Origin: Phoronis australis | Taxonomy: Eukaryota; Animalia; Phoronida | Direction of reading: 5' to 3' | DNA length: 64,000 nucleotides | Assembly (NCBI GenBank): GCA_002633005.1 | Contig: NMRA01000348.1 | Coordinates: 359,065 to 423,064 of the forward strand | In this document: one piece after another, positions 15,201-30,200 of the stretch | Position numbering within the stretch: the first letter of the stretch is position 1 | Layout of the letters: each line of letters begins with the position of its first letter | Translations under genes and position numbers: made by a program | The notes under the pieces: model-generated | Databases searched by the model: none | What the model was told of the DNA's origin: nothing | What the model saw: only the letters and a program-made list of their open reading frames with translations

Positions 15201-18200
15201 TTTGGTGAAAGTTAGCATGTGAACAACCCCCGGTTAGCGCAAGTGCATGTAAAACCGGGAATATCAAAACTAATCTGCACTTCAGTGATAAGACACGTGA
15301 CAAATTAACGATTAATTAACTACGATTGAGGAAGGTGGCATAGTCGAACCATCCAGGCCAAATGTAAATTTGAACTTTCATGTTTTGTTCGCAAATAAAA
15401 TTTTCGAGTTTATTTCAACAACACGTACTTGTGCCCAAATTATTGCCACATAAAGCCACTATCTGACGCAGCATTAAACCACTGAAACGTGACACGTTTA
15501 ACGCAAAGGCGTAGGAAGCGTGTGGTATCATCAACGGAGTATACACTCTTTAGGGGAGAGAAACTGATGTTGGGGGGAGGGGTTGAAATTGCTTTTGACC
15601 TTACGGGTGTGTGAAGCTGGATGGTGACTGAAAGGGCAGACGAAGACGAGGCGACTGCTGTTCGGGTGATGGCTGCGTTCACATTTGTTTCATCTTCCCT
15701 CACTTATTATATCCCTCCCACGGATACACTATAAGCACGGAACTATAAAGGTTTGGACTCTACGGACCCGACACACCATTCGTTAATAGTATTCGCCTTT
15801 TCTTAATTAAGATTAAGAAGCTCCAGAAAATAAAATAAGACAGTTCACGCTTACTATTCTGGCCATGTGTAACATTAACCCTCCACTTGTAAACGACCGA
15901 GTCGCAAGGTGCCACGCGAACGCGTCCACTGACTTTAAATGCATCACAGCTTCCCACTTCACCAGGAGCAGTTAGCTTACGAATCTTCACCTACAAGATG
16001 ACACCGTTAGTTGACATTGCGCATTAATTTATTGTTCTTTGAGTGGTTAGGTTTAATTCGATTATAGCCATGTGTCAGAAATGCGTCGTCAAGTACTGAG
16101 TAGGCTTCCATACTTGTGGTCTGTTTGTTTTTCCAATTTGGCATGTCTCCTGATTCAGGACTAAACTAAGTTGATCAAATCTCAAGCCCACAATCACTTT
16201 TCAAGCCCCTTCTTTCAAAAAGCTATCACAACACAAACCAAAGAAACGGCAAAGCCGGTCAGCAGTAGTATCTAGAAATTTCCTAGTTGACAATTTACAG
16301 CAGAGGTCAACGTAAACGAACATAGATTCAACACAAACAATGTTTCTCAAGTAACCTTAAGTATCACCCGAGCGTGTAATCTACACATCGTTAATTGAAT
16401 ATTCTGTCTCGTTTTTCAACCTTGGCTTCATATAATGCAATTTCGGATAGCGTGGCCGTCAGGATTATACATGTATCCCGAAAGCAAATGAAAATTTTGG
16501 CTGCCCCAAATTAACACAACACTCATGCACTAGGCAACAATCTCCACTATATATTTTGCATTGTACATGTAAGTTAGAATGCTTAGAAAGAAATCGACAG
16601 ATAAGGCAGATATACTCATCCGATTTCCTCGGTTGGACAGCGTCCATGTACATATACATGTATGAACTCTTTGCCTACATTCTCAACTCACAAGCGCCCT
16701 ACAATAAATTGTACAACACGTTTTCTGTGTCCGGGAAACGAAGACTTCAGTTCGTGTCGGCAATAGTTTCTTTGGGAAGTTCGATACTTTGAAACTGATA
16801 TTGTACTCAAATTAAAAATCAAAGTGGCAGCCAAGCGGGCCTTACTTCCATTTTTGAAGCTCCTTGGACGGAAACGACACCTGTCGCATAATTTGGTATT
16901 TCGGCGTTTTTTCTCGAGATGGCGTTTGCCTGCAGATTCAGTTTGTCACCAACAACAACAGTAGCGCCGGAACCAAGCCTTATAAGAATCATGTTTCCTC
17001 GTATCAAACAAGCCTTTCTTTCTAGAATAAAGCAAAGGAAATCGATTGGAATCAGATGGGGTAGCACATTTTATTGCCAAGATAAAACATAAATGTTCGT
17101 TTTTTCTAGGACATAACAAGGAACCTTAGTCTTCCTAAACAATTTGCTAGTTTACGTTCTACTCCATCAGCTGTTTAAATTAGGTTTGAGCTTGCCTGAA
17201 ATTGTAAATCATTACCTCGGAAAACAATCGTATTACAAAATCCACACCCCTAGCAGACGGCACGTCGTGGCAAACCCCGTCCCACGCCACCATCAAAGAT
17301 GAAAACTCGTTAGTTTTTGTAAGAAATTGCAATGATGAAACAGCTTCCATTCTATGACCGGAGTGAAGATATTAGGCCATTTTTCAAACCATAGAATGTC
17401 ATGTACACATTAGTTGAGCTGCATCAGATTGTATTTCTCATATTCTCAATTTGTAGTTGGAACACGGAGCTTACCAGTTCCAAGTTTGTTGTGAGTGGCA
17501 GCGTCAAAGATTGCCGAGCAATCAAACAGATACCCAGCCTTGTCGAGACGTGGTATATTCTTGGCTGGTGAAATGTTCATGTCGAACTGAACCATGATCA
17601 GGCAGGGTGCGTTGTCTAGGAATCTGGCACTCTTGAGCGCGGGCTTGGGAGCATCGATTGTAAAGGTCACAGTATTGAGTCTTAGAAGAAAAATATAAAT
17701 ATACTGATGTATAAACATTGTCCTTACAATTTAACTGAATATCGATATGTTTTTGGCTAGATTATACACTCTGGAAAAAGATGTAGAAGTTTTGAAGTCG
17801 CATGTATCGGTTATGCCCGGTAACAACGTTCGTATTCGTTTAATACAGATTTTTAGCAGTATTCCGACTCCTTGTGTGGAGTTTTTGAATATGTGCCGGC
17901 TTTATTTGGACGTTTTTTGAGTGAACTTTACCCTAACTGTATGAAAAATCTAGAAACCAATTATTGGACTTTGTAGAAATGACAAATGTGTACTTATGAA
18001 GAATGTCTAAGATATGAATTTTTTGTAATAGTGAAAGAGACAGTGGCTGTAAAATCGTAAGCCGTCCAGCGTTTATCTTTGTCAATTTTTGACGAGAGTA
18101 GCAGTGGAAAACAAACTTAGAGTGGCAGTTGACTCACATTTACACTGTAATCAATTAAACAGATTTTGATAAAACTCAAAACTGTTCCCGAGACAATATA

Positions 18201-21200
18201 TTACAAAATGGCACAGACGAAAACAAATAGCATCAACGAGCTTCATTCGTGGCATTGGTGGAAAAAATATTTCATGAACAAATAGTTGGCATTAAAATAA
18301 TTTCTAAATGTACATGCCATTTCGGTGACCATTCCGTGGTAGCTAACTTTTTGGGCATTGGCAAACGATTCGCCATATTTGTTGTAAACTCTAAAGATTT
18401 TAAAGTAGTGAGTGCATTCATGTCACAGTGCACATGTATCCTACATGTATGTATGTAAGCATACTACGTCACGAAACGTCGTTATTTTGTCAAACCGATG
18501 ACATTTCTTTTTTCATGTTAACAGAAACTGACACTGGCAAGTTGTTTAATAAAAAATTGCAGGTTTTACCTGGGTACTGTATATAATTTCGCGAATCTTA
18601 CCCCTGTATCTGTGAGGCTTTTGGCCATTTTTGAAGAACGCCTATCTTCAAGGAAATCGCCTGCTGGAATCTTCTCGCCTTTGCCAGGTCGCACACTATG
18701 CGTTTACTGTCAACCAGCTTGGCCGAAAAGAGGATGACCCCGAGAGATGAACTGCAACCACGATCCTTCAGGCCATCTTTACCGCATACAGCAAAGCACT
18801 TTATAAAACCGGTATCGACGAAGCCTTTGCCGCTAATATTAACCTGGGTAATAAAAGTAGATAAGAGAAACTGCTACTCCTTAAAATCATAAAAAGACAC
18901 TTAAGAGCACCTGCAATGCACATCCATCGGCTTATAATTGTATTGCTGCACGTGTGGATCCAAGACACTGATTTAAAAGATTTAAAATTAGTGTATAATT
19001 TATAAAACCAATAAAAGTAGTGCAAAACCCACATTTGGTAGGGCCACAGCAGTTGTGGTCGAGAAATCAACGCTGCATAATAAAAAAACCTCTTACCTTA
19101 ACGTTGGTCTCTTTCAACGTCATTTTACTGGGACTCACTGTGTTAAGAACAAATGGTTCGATTACGGTGACATTTACTCCTCCAGTTTTGGAAACTTCTT
19201 TTCCGTTAGCGTCGATAAACGAACACTTTACGCCGTATACCCCACCGGTAATATTTTGAGGTAATTTAGCATAAATATACACGCGGTTTCTCAAAATTTT
19301 CATGAGAGGTTTACGTAGTACAATCTGAAAAAATGAAAACAATTATATGAGATATGCATACGAACGTGTGCATAAGTGTACTCGTGTGAAACGTACATTA
19401 CTGAACCATTTTCACAATTCTCTGTTAATATATTCGTATTGAGTAGTCTACTGAAAGCTGGTTCTTACAGTGTACATGTAGGTAATATCATCTTAAGTGA
19501 AGTCCTTACATGTTTCATCTGGAAACCGTTTAACCGTCCATATTAACACAATAAAATAAAATATGAATCTTCAACCACAATATCGTTTTATTCATGCCAT
19601 TCCTATTTGGGCATAAATAATGTTTTTAAACAAAAGTCACCAGGTGGCGAGGCCGTTTCGTCCACAAGTCGGCTCACGAAGAACTGTCAAAGAACATTTC
19701 GTGAGTCTAAACGAGGTCAGCAAATGAACAATTCACGAGAAAGGGAATCATCAGTAGTTACCAAGAGCAGAAATGGCAGACTGGCGTGGCTTTTGATGCT
19801 CAATGCTGAAGGATCATATCATGTCGTTTTCGTAATATACCGCATCTGGTTGCACGGGGAGATAACCCGACCGGATCTAAGTAGGATAATGCGCAAGTGC
19901 CGACACTCACAAAGCGAATGCTTTAAACACATTATCACCAGCCACCGAGACTACAAAGTTGAGCTAAATCTGAAGTTTGGATTTTTGGAAAAAAATCTAC
20001 GGAGGTCATCAATTACCCCAACGTCATTGGAGCTCAAGTCTGGTAGTCAGTGAAATGTGTGGCGAGTTTGCGCCTATTTTTGGTCATTGGCTAAGTGCCT
20101 CAATGTGAAGGTATTAAGATGGTGCGGCATTTCTCCGGACGCGACCGAACCAAAAGTGAAAACTCGGGACTGGAAAGTGGCTGTTGTTTATCCTTTGCAT
20201 ATGACGATTGTGGGCAGGCACCGCTAACGACATCCTAGATACGCCAACGAGCAAGGACGATGCCATATATCAATAACAACATAAACAGAAAAGGCAAGAC
20301 CCATGTCCATACATGTATACATCTCTTCATTAATTTCGACAAAAGCATATATTTCTTACCTTAGTTCCATCAAACTCGCAGGAATTAATGGTGTACGTTT
20401 GTGGAAAGTTGCGACTGGTTGAAATTCTCAACTCATCAGTCTCACCAGGGAGAAGATGATAAGTTTTAGGCCAAACGTCACCAAGTGCAGCACAACCTGC
20501 AACGGTGAACAAACTCCAATTGGTTCATTTGCATACACAAAATTCTCTTCGTTGTAACAACATTATGCATGGAGTATTTAAGAGATTTGTTATGTTATTG
20601 TGAGATCAGCACCACAACATCAGCGGTCGAAGTCGCATCCTTTACAAGCCATGTTTTATTGATGATACATGTAGGTATATAATCAGGAGTGACTTCAAAT
20701 AGTCCTACTGGACTGGCATCCCACATTGGTATTTTTATAATAAATTAAACAACTCAGCGGATTTTGCAGTTTAATAGGCATGGTCAGAGCGAGTAACTTC
20801 GAAAAGCCTTTCCTACCCAACGATCATCCTGAAAACGTGTTTTGGTTCAAAACCTGTTTGCGTTGCTTTCAGCGGTCCAAGTTGCGGACTACAACGATCA
20901 TTGAAATGAACTCATTACTCGATCGCAACTACGGGTCGAACAAGGTTGGCCACTACTCAAATTATGCACAGACATGGCGACGACATTCCCGGTTTGCTAA
21001 ATGTCACCCAACGTCAGACGGTCTCATTATTTTACAAAATGAAGTAATCACTTTAGAATAATATAGGCCCACAGTATAAAATTTTGGATGATCTGGGTAG
21101 CAACGGAATTTTCAGGTGTGGAAGAAAATACATTGCAATGGAATTCGCCAATCTGTTACGCCAATGGCAAAAATACTTGTTGTCGTTGGACTTTCGTCGC

Positions 21201-24200
21201 GCTTAGTAAACACTTTTTACCTGCATCAAAGTTGGGATCGTCCTTCGGTAAGCACGCACCACAAGCGTCAATTCGACTTTTCCCCTTTGCAACGCCAGCG
21301 CAGTCAACACATTTGTTAGAACCAAAGCACACGCCACACTTGTCTTTACCCTCATCTGGGTTAGTAGAACAAATGCCACACCTGTGTAATAACGCAAACG
21401 AGATATTCGTTGTGTTCTTCAACAATTATGGGCAAGACATCGTGAGAGCAACGACAATGGAGGCTTTCTATAAAAAATCAGCGATCATTACAATTTTGTC
21501 AATGTTAATTATGTGAGTGGGATAACAATTGCGTCGGCATAATTGTCCGGCGGTCACGAGTCCTTGCATATGCAGTTCTGCGGTTTCTGATAAAGGTACC
21601 GATGATGCAGTGCCAGGATTAGGGCTAGGGTTTTGTGGAGTGCATAGGTTTGGTGATGCCTAAGGCTAAAGCGATGTTCATAGGTTGCCGTAATCTCTAA
21701 ATTCTTGAACCCTTGTACTAAGAATAATAAAACACATGTATCTTAAAATAGAAACAATTTTAAAAGTTAATTACATATCAGCCATAATTTAAGAAATCGT
21801 TAATTAGTTACATGTATTGGAAGCCCACCCGATGTTGATGTTTATTGCACCGTCGCCTCCCCCCGTTAACTGGGCCATGACGTACACTAATGGACTAAAG
21901 ATGGTCGGCGTCAAATGAGTAGCAACGACAATGTAGGAGTTGTAGACAGAAGGTGGAATGCCAGGATTGCAAATGGCGGCAGTTCAGGTTCATGTTTAGA
22001 AAGAGGATGTGATGCAATATTTTGCACATTTTATCAATCGTTGTGCCATTGCAAGACATCCCCAATGAGAATGGGTCTTAATCTGTAACAAAATGGCAAA
22101 TGAATCGAGTCAGCAATTCATAGATGTGGCACGGATATTACCAAACATGTGAATGCTATTTTGCAACAGCAAGTATCGTTATTGCTTCCGCCATGACAGA
22201 GCTGCATTGATTTGCGAGGATCATTCCATGTACATGTACGGGCGCAAGTGTTATGACTGCCCCTCCCCTTAACGGAGCTTCCTGGTTTAGCGGAAACTAG
22301 GTGGCTGCAAATGAGTATTTCCATGAATTAATTTGCTGAGTTCCTATTGGACCTAACCAAAACAAGACCTCTGTTGATCGGGAAATTGACTAACACATGT
22401 TGAAACTGATGGGTGTCAACTGCCTCCGAGGCTAAATTTGACTTAATGGAAGAAAAGCTTTCCGACTGTATATCTGTAAAGCAGTCACTTATTCAAAAGT
22501 TTGAGTCAGTGGAACGGGTCTACTAATTGAGTAAATAGTCTTTGCACGAATACCTAGTTAGATGTAGGATTTTAAAAGGAGGGTAGATAGGACGCCTGGA
22601 CAGACGGCTAACCAGAAGCTTAAAACGAGCGTTGATGTGTCAACTTGCGAGTAGTTTGCTTTATATTTTATATGCTATGGCCAATCACGAGGTTTTACCA
22701 CGCATCACTGATGGCTTTAGAATGACCAAAGGCCTGACGAGAATTCATATTTATTTCTTTCTGACGGCTTATCAGACGTCTGGTCTGCCTTCTAATCCAA
22801 CAGCATTTCAACGCTGTACATGTGTCTCAGATTGCTGGCGAATTCCTAAGAAAACAGGCAATTGCCACCTGGCATGACACACAAACTCATCCACACGCAC
22901 CTTCACACACCCCCATGTTTATTTCATAGAGTTACATGTGTCTTCCCTATGTAGATTTGATAATCTATTCAAGCTCACATAGTCAGGGCAGTACGTTATT
23001 GTTCTCACTGACCATCTTAATTGCCAGGCCCCTCAATTGTATAAACTCTGAATTGCTTACCGTTCATAGCGCTCCACCAGATTAGTTCAACCAGTTATTT
23101 TCTAGCGTTCCATCAGATCACATCAACCGGTATTGTTCTATATTATATTACTAAACTGTATGACGGCAAACTTACTAATGTATGTAACTAACCTGTTCTT
23201 TCTCGCCTTGCTATTCCACACACCGTCGCAGAATATTTTCTTGATAATCTCAGTTTCATTTATGCTCTTAGGCAAACACAGGTATTTCCCTTGTTTGTAC
23301 ATTCCGTTGCACTTTCCACCACAGTCCAAGCGGGCATTCGGTGCTTTACCAGTCTCGCCGCCTGCACAGTCACCACATCGATCTTTCTTGGCTCCTAAAA
23401 TTGGAAAAATATAACGTGCACGTATCACTGCTTTCGTTGGAAGTAGGAAATACCAGTACGATGACGTCAATTTGATTATGAAGGCTAAGAAGAGTTATTA
23501 GGTGAATCGGCTTTTCAGGAGAAGACGGCAGGGACTCCGACAAGTTTGAGAAAGTCGCTTCCAGTAATAATACACCTCATGGAGTATTGAAGAACGTCAT
23601 AGTTATAATGGGATGTGTAAAGATCTTAAGTCAAATTATTCAGTTACTCGTTTGCACGCATGTGCATAGGTACATGTATGGGTGCATGTTTACCCCAGAA
23701 CCCCAGGAATGCAGTACATGTACATCCCCACATCAAAGGCTAAGCTCCAATCGTCCGGTGTCTTTCCTGATCTACTGTTAGTGTTGGAGCACCTAGGTGC
23801 GCAGTCTTTTCTGGACACAAACAGTGTTACACAATTCAGAAATAACTTAAACATAATTTAAACATAACATTTCGAGAAACTAACCTTCACCATATCTTCC
23901 AGCAAACAAAAACAGTTAGGCATTCGATTTTTAAAAATCGGTGAACTACACTGTATTAATTGTAATCAAGAAACCGAAAACGCAATAAAAAAAAAATTCG
24001 ACTTGCTGATTGACTACCATGTGTATATTTCATGCTTTTAGGGACTTCCACATACGAAAGCAACGTTCAACTGGTAGGGTAATTGTGTGTGGATTTCCAT
24101 AAGACTTTTGAGTAAAGCGCTGTAATTGAAAAACATCTTTTCATGACACCGATTTTATAATGTAAAACGTTCAATAAAACAGAAAGGATCTAACAAAGTT

Positions 24201-27200
24201 TAGCGACTTTGCACTTACCTTTAAGCTCATGATTAAAGTCGTAACATAAGATAGAAAGAGAGACCGTAAAGTGGTTTTGCGGCCATGTTTTTTCATTATT
24301 TCGACCGGGAGTAATTTCGTAATATTATTAGTACCGAATTTTATTTTTCCATAACCGCACTTTGGTTTACTTTTATTACCAAATTGTGACACATCGATGT
24401 AAACTCTAAAGCTTAAACCAATGAGATGTGTATAGTAAGAAATAAAATAGCTGAGTATGATGAGTTAATTCTTTGGTTTTGAGATGTACCTGTAAATGTA
24501 CATGCACATAGGCCAATAATGCACTAAAGTATGCCAATTGAAACTTTCAAATAAGCATGTTTTCCAAATTTTCTCACAATAGTTAAAACCTACATGTAAT
24601 TGGTCGCAAATAGAACTACCATTACTTTCATGCCAACTGTCATTCGAAATCTAGACCTCATACCTCCGTTTACGACGCCACTGCAGTCAACGCATTTGTT
24701 CCTACCCCCACACACACCGCATTTGTCGTTCTTCGCACGGGAGCCAATTTTACCGTCACATCCTCGGCGATGAACAAATACCCTCATGTAGCCGATAGCA
24801 TAGGCACTACTGCCACCACACGCCTGAAAATAAAACATATTGGTATCTCAATAACGCAAATTACAGTGTTCTCAAGTCATTTCGACATAATCGCGGGCTC
24901 TTTATGACATCCTGTCGCGCAGATATTGCTTGCTGAAGTAAGGTCATGACCCTACGGCACATGATAATCATTTTCACATCGCAGTGTTGCTCATGAACAA
25001 GCCATCTTGCCCTCAACATTAGTCCAGCAGTATGTATACACATGGATAAAATCTCAGACACCACCCGGTGAAAAATGGTAAATTTAAAGATGTTATGTCT
25101 CATTAATACTGGGAACACTTAAATCTGTATAAAGCGCCGCTTAGTGACTTCTTCGTCTTCTTTAGAACTATACGCATAAATATAATCAGAAAACGAAACA
25201 GTTTGTAAATAAATGGAGGTTTTAAAGAAAACATCAGAGCTGATAAACTTAAAAACGAGTGTTAACGTAATCAAAACACTGGTAATTCCAAATATTACGC
25301 AAACTCGTCATTTGGTAGTGAAATGAGCAATCAATAAAAAGTGTGTCTTTTTTCATTACGGTAACGACAACGCTGTGGGAGTTTCCCAGAGATTCCGGTG
25401 TCGTCGTAAGAAATGTGGGCGAGAAGTGTATGCTGATACTGAACGCCAGCCCACGGTGTGTTTGCAGCTGCAGTCGGCAGCCGAGTTGCCGCCATGCACG
25501 GTAGACGTGAGGTTCCAAATAAACTACCTTATATGCCTTCTGTGTTTGCAAAATCATGCAGCTGAAAGGCAGACGTTTCATGCATATGTCTGCGACATTG
25601 CTAGGTCACCCTAGCGAAATTGAGACCATCAGGACATCATGCATAATTCGCTGGTTCTGCTCCACAAACGAACATTGAATTTCTCTCTGGAAGTGCTTGC
25701 AAATGTCTTCGACTACGATACGTAACCCTGTTACCTGTTACTTGATTTCAAAAATGAACGCTGCCTCCATGTTTACTGCAATTCCAACTTACTACGAAGC
25801 AGGGAGTGCCTATTGCGATCTTTTACATGATTACACGTAAAACTGCTAAAAACAACTTACTGGTGGCATACAGAGAGGAAAAGGTATTGACGACGTTTGC
25901 CCGCCAGTAGCGTTGTCAGACTCGTCCCAGGCCGTAAAGTAAATGTTGGTGAATCCCATGGATTCGTCTCGAGGCCAAACTTTACTGCAATACACAAGTT
26001 CATTGTTGACATAAATAACAACTGTGCACTTTTAAAGTCATTTTGTTTTCCTCCCTTCCTGGCACAACATATTACACTGCCGGCAAGTTGTCACAGCGAA
26101 AACATGCCCCCCATGCCTGCCGTCATTGTACATTGTACATCCGCCAATCGGTGTTATTGCAGACGACATGGTTGATGTTATAAAGTTGATACCTCATCAA
26201 GATGGATGCCGTTCACTGATTCTGCGGGCAGAACAATACTTTATTCAGTGGGCTATTAACACAAAGTGCGGAAACATTTAGGGAAATCGTGTACTCACCC
26301 TGTGGCGTTAAATCGTATTTTGTAGTTTTCGGGGAGTAGAGTGGCATTGACAATCCTGTTGTATCGCGACACATCTCCGGCTTTGTCAACAAATTCTTTT
26401 AAACTCTTCAGCTTCGTCAGGCTCTCCACAAATTTCTCGCTAAAAGGTTTAGCCCAACTGTACGGGTTGTCAAGCGTTGTCCATTGGCCACCCGGTGCTT
26501 GGAATTGATAGCTCCCTATTGGAAAAAGTAGGCTATGTTCAGGATGGAGACAAGAATATACATGTATTGTTCCCGCAGTCCCGTATTACCACAAGCTTGG
26601 TCTCAAAATGATGAAACTGGTTATCGCCAAGGGTTTTCTCTAAGTCTATTCCATGCAATTCATTAAAAAATACTATCACTGTGCAGGTATAACACACTAA
26701 GGGCATAGCGTGAATGAGGCACAGAATGGCACCATGGCGGGAGTTCAGGGAAACAATAGTTTGCGATGTTCTTCTCAAGTTTTCGTTTATTTGAGTTGTT
26801 GTTGTGGTTTAGTACTGAAAACGAAAGAGAACAGGCATGAGGTACATGTATGAGGATTGGAAATGGCGCGAGAGCAGACATTCATCACACGACAAGCATA
26901 CATGTACATGTACATGTATATGGCGCCAAGCTACTCGGAGCGATTTGACTTTGGTCCATTTAAACTAGCGCAGGTTGCGCTTGGGTCAACATACTAAAGT
27001 TTAAGTCTCCGTGCGAACACAGCTTAGAAGTGGCATTCATTGAACGAAAAACAACAAAACTGCTTTGCCTTGTCCAAGTTTGCTCAGGAGAACCGTGTAC
27101 CACATGCACGTCAGTCTACTATAGGTATCGCTATTTACCCTACACTCAGTTCGTTTTTAACGGTACCCCAGCTAAAAACGAATGTACCGTGAATTTGGGT

Positions 27201-30200
27201 GAGTTTGAAGATAATATGTAAAACAAGCAGCTGTGATGTATATAAGAAGCGATGCTACTAAATTTTTAGAGATACTGAAATTCATAACGTAAGGTGTACC
27301 TCTTTCATTCGACTGCGCCATCAATACTGCCATCCCCAAGCCTTTCTTGGGGCCGTCCGAGTCTTCAAAGAACTCTGCAACCACGTCCCTGACTAATAAT
27401 CCGTCGTTATCTTCCGGTTTGTTGGGAACAACGTAGGACGTCTCTATGGGCTTTCCAGTGTTGAGCTTACGAAGCACGTATTGTCGGAGGGCCGGCGCGT
27501 CATTAGTGTCGACGATCTGAAGCAAACGACTCTCAAACATAGCACGCAAATATTGCACGTTCTTTATGACATGGTGAATAGGCAGTAAATGCCAATACGA
27601 TATTCGAAAACGGGATAGATTTACCCGCCCTAGTTTTTCTTGCACATTGCGAGAATTGGAACTTCCAGCCCATGCCCGTCAAATACGACTGGAACCATAA
27701 CCTCTGATCTGTTTCATAACAACAGTAAATCTAGGGTAAAAACATGCGTTACGCGGTTGATCTTGTTCGGATTATAAGCGTCGCACGCCATTTTGGAAAG
27801 CTCTGTGGCCAAATGGTTCTCAGTCTTCATTGTGCATGTTCAAGTCTGAGCACTTGATGAGTATCAAACGGCAATACAGAGGGAGAATTTAAAGGGTTTA
27901 CTGGAACAAGCAACGAGAGAGCTAACAGTTTAACCTACTGCACACTGTATAAGAAGACAGGTAATAAAAGATCGATGACGTGGGCAAAACCATTAATGCA
28001 ATAGAGTAGTTGCGCTCATGCTGTGAAGACAATGCGCTCCTTTTTGTTCTTTCCAAAACCTGTTTACCTTAAATTCAAGTATTGTTGATTTTCCCGCCCA
28101 AAACGGTCGCTGCCGCCGAAACCAGAACGAAGAAATGCTACCACCATCATCCAGATAACTGTACGGCTGCAGTGTTAGGCGAATGACGCCAGTAAAGTCT
28201 TCACTTGGCTGCAGTTTTACGGTCGCGTTAGCAGGAACCATCTCGATACCAGCGGCGGAGATTGGTTTATACTGTCTGTTCTTTACTGAAATGCATGCAA
28301 CAAGAAAATACTCATCCTTGGGGATCTTATTAAGAAGTACAAGTTTAACGACTTGCATCAAATTTTGTCCTCAGTTTCACTGCTGAGTTGAGCATTTGTT
28401 TAAATACATTTAAAACCTGTTTTATGCGTCTCTTGTGATCGTTATCTGACACGATTTTAATTGATTTCAGCGGCACGGATGCACCCTGAATGATCAGTCA
28501 AGGCAACCTCAACATCGATTTATTTCAGTACACGAGCAAAATTTCCACAATACTATGCACATTACATGCGAGAGAAAAGTTTCTCATATTTCTCATTTGC
28601 CTCCGAAAAGTAAAATTCTTAGACAATTTATGAAGAAAGGAAAAGTGCTTTATAACGAGCTTTGGTGGCCAGTGCCTTCGTTTCTTCTAGGTTAGTCAGA
28701 AATTTGAAACCAGACAGACTTTGCGTACTCGCCTTGCGACTCGAATACAGAGGTAAATGGCAAACTCGCTTGTATTTCATCAGATTTTCTCTACAAAAGC
28801 AACGCGGAGCGTTGAAATGCGCCCACGAATGCACCACAAATGGTGTGCTTTAAGGGTTGCTTATTTGTGTCATAAAAATGACCACTAGATAGTGCAAAAA
28901 CATACCATCCGTCCGAAAACGGGAACATTTCATTGCTTCCTTAATAAAAAGCTAAACACCAAATTTTATAGAAATCGGTCATGGGACTTCAGAGAAACAA
29001 AGGAAAACAGTAAAATGAAATTGCCAATAAGGGGCACAGTGTTCATTGGATCGGACTGAAAATCGTCATTGTCTGTTGTTAGCTCCATATAAATTAAACA
29101 TACAAACTTTAATAAATATCCTGCAATGGGTTAAAGAGAGGCAGCTATGGGTGCAAAAAACACAGAACTATCACAAGTAAGCGCCAGAGTAGTCAAAGTC
29201 GTCATCATCAACCGTGCTCTTGACACTGAGAACGTACATGTATACATGTACGCCAATTTTCAAAACCATCCTTAGAATGATTTGGTTTATAGAGAGGTAG
29301 ACGCCAAAAAACAGACTCGAAAAGAGCAAAAATTACCACTAAGTGGTGCAAAGTACCTTGATTCCATCCGAAAACGGGAGGATAGAGTCATCTCACCAAT
29401 AGATGCCCTTATTCAAAATTTTATGAAAATCTGTTGAGAACCTTTGAAGATACAGAGATAAATGTAAAACTAAAATTGCCAACAGGGGCATACGAGTAGT
29501 CAGTTCCATCCCAAAATCATCGTCATCTGTTGTCAACATCATATAAACACACTTCTTAAATTTAGTAAAGATCCTGCATACGGTTTAGGAGATACAGCCA
29601 TGGGCGCAAAAAAGAAACTGCCACTAGGAGGCGCCACAGTAGTCGAAGTCATCGGAAAATATTCGTCATCTATCCACTTCACAATAAAAACATACGTGCC
29701 AATTTTAACAATTATCCTGACAGCAGTTTGGTTGATAGAGGGGTGCACGCCAAAAAACAGACGCGAAAACAGTAAAAAGGCCACTAGGTGGCGCAAACTC
29801 GGTCGACTCCATCTTAAAACGGAAACATATAGCGTCACCTCACTAACAGAAGCCTGTACACCATTTTTTTGAAATTACATGGAGGACCTTTGAAGATACA
29901 GAGGTAAACGTAAAAAAATAAAATTACCATTAGGTGGCACACCAGTTGTCCGATCTGTCCGAAACTCGTCGTGGTCCATTGTCAACATCAAATGAATGCA
30001 CTTGCGAAACTTAGTAAAGATGATGCAAGCGGTTTAGGGGATATAGCCATAGGCGCAAAACAACAGAACTGCCACTAGGAGGCGCCGCAGTACTCGAAGT
30101 CATCGTCAACCGTCCTCTTCTTAGCAAGAACTTACATGCCAATTTTCACAACCATACTTAGAGCGGTTTGGTTGATAGAAGGGAGGACGTCAAAAAACTC

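Noticed and set aside
15440-15703. 87-aa minus-strand ORF within the REJ region
   Set aside because: Neighbouring exons join in phase without it, and I found no convincing splice sites
19607-20053. 148-aa plus-strand ORF
   Set aside because: Non-ATG start, intronic antisense location, no recognisable motif
24700-24770. GCDGKIGS...DKCGVCGG looks like the ADAMTS cysteine-rich domain
   Set aside because: No metalloprotease HExxH, TSP1 or spacer exons; the motif is one unit of a tandem repeat
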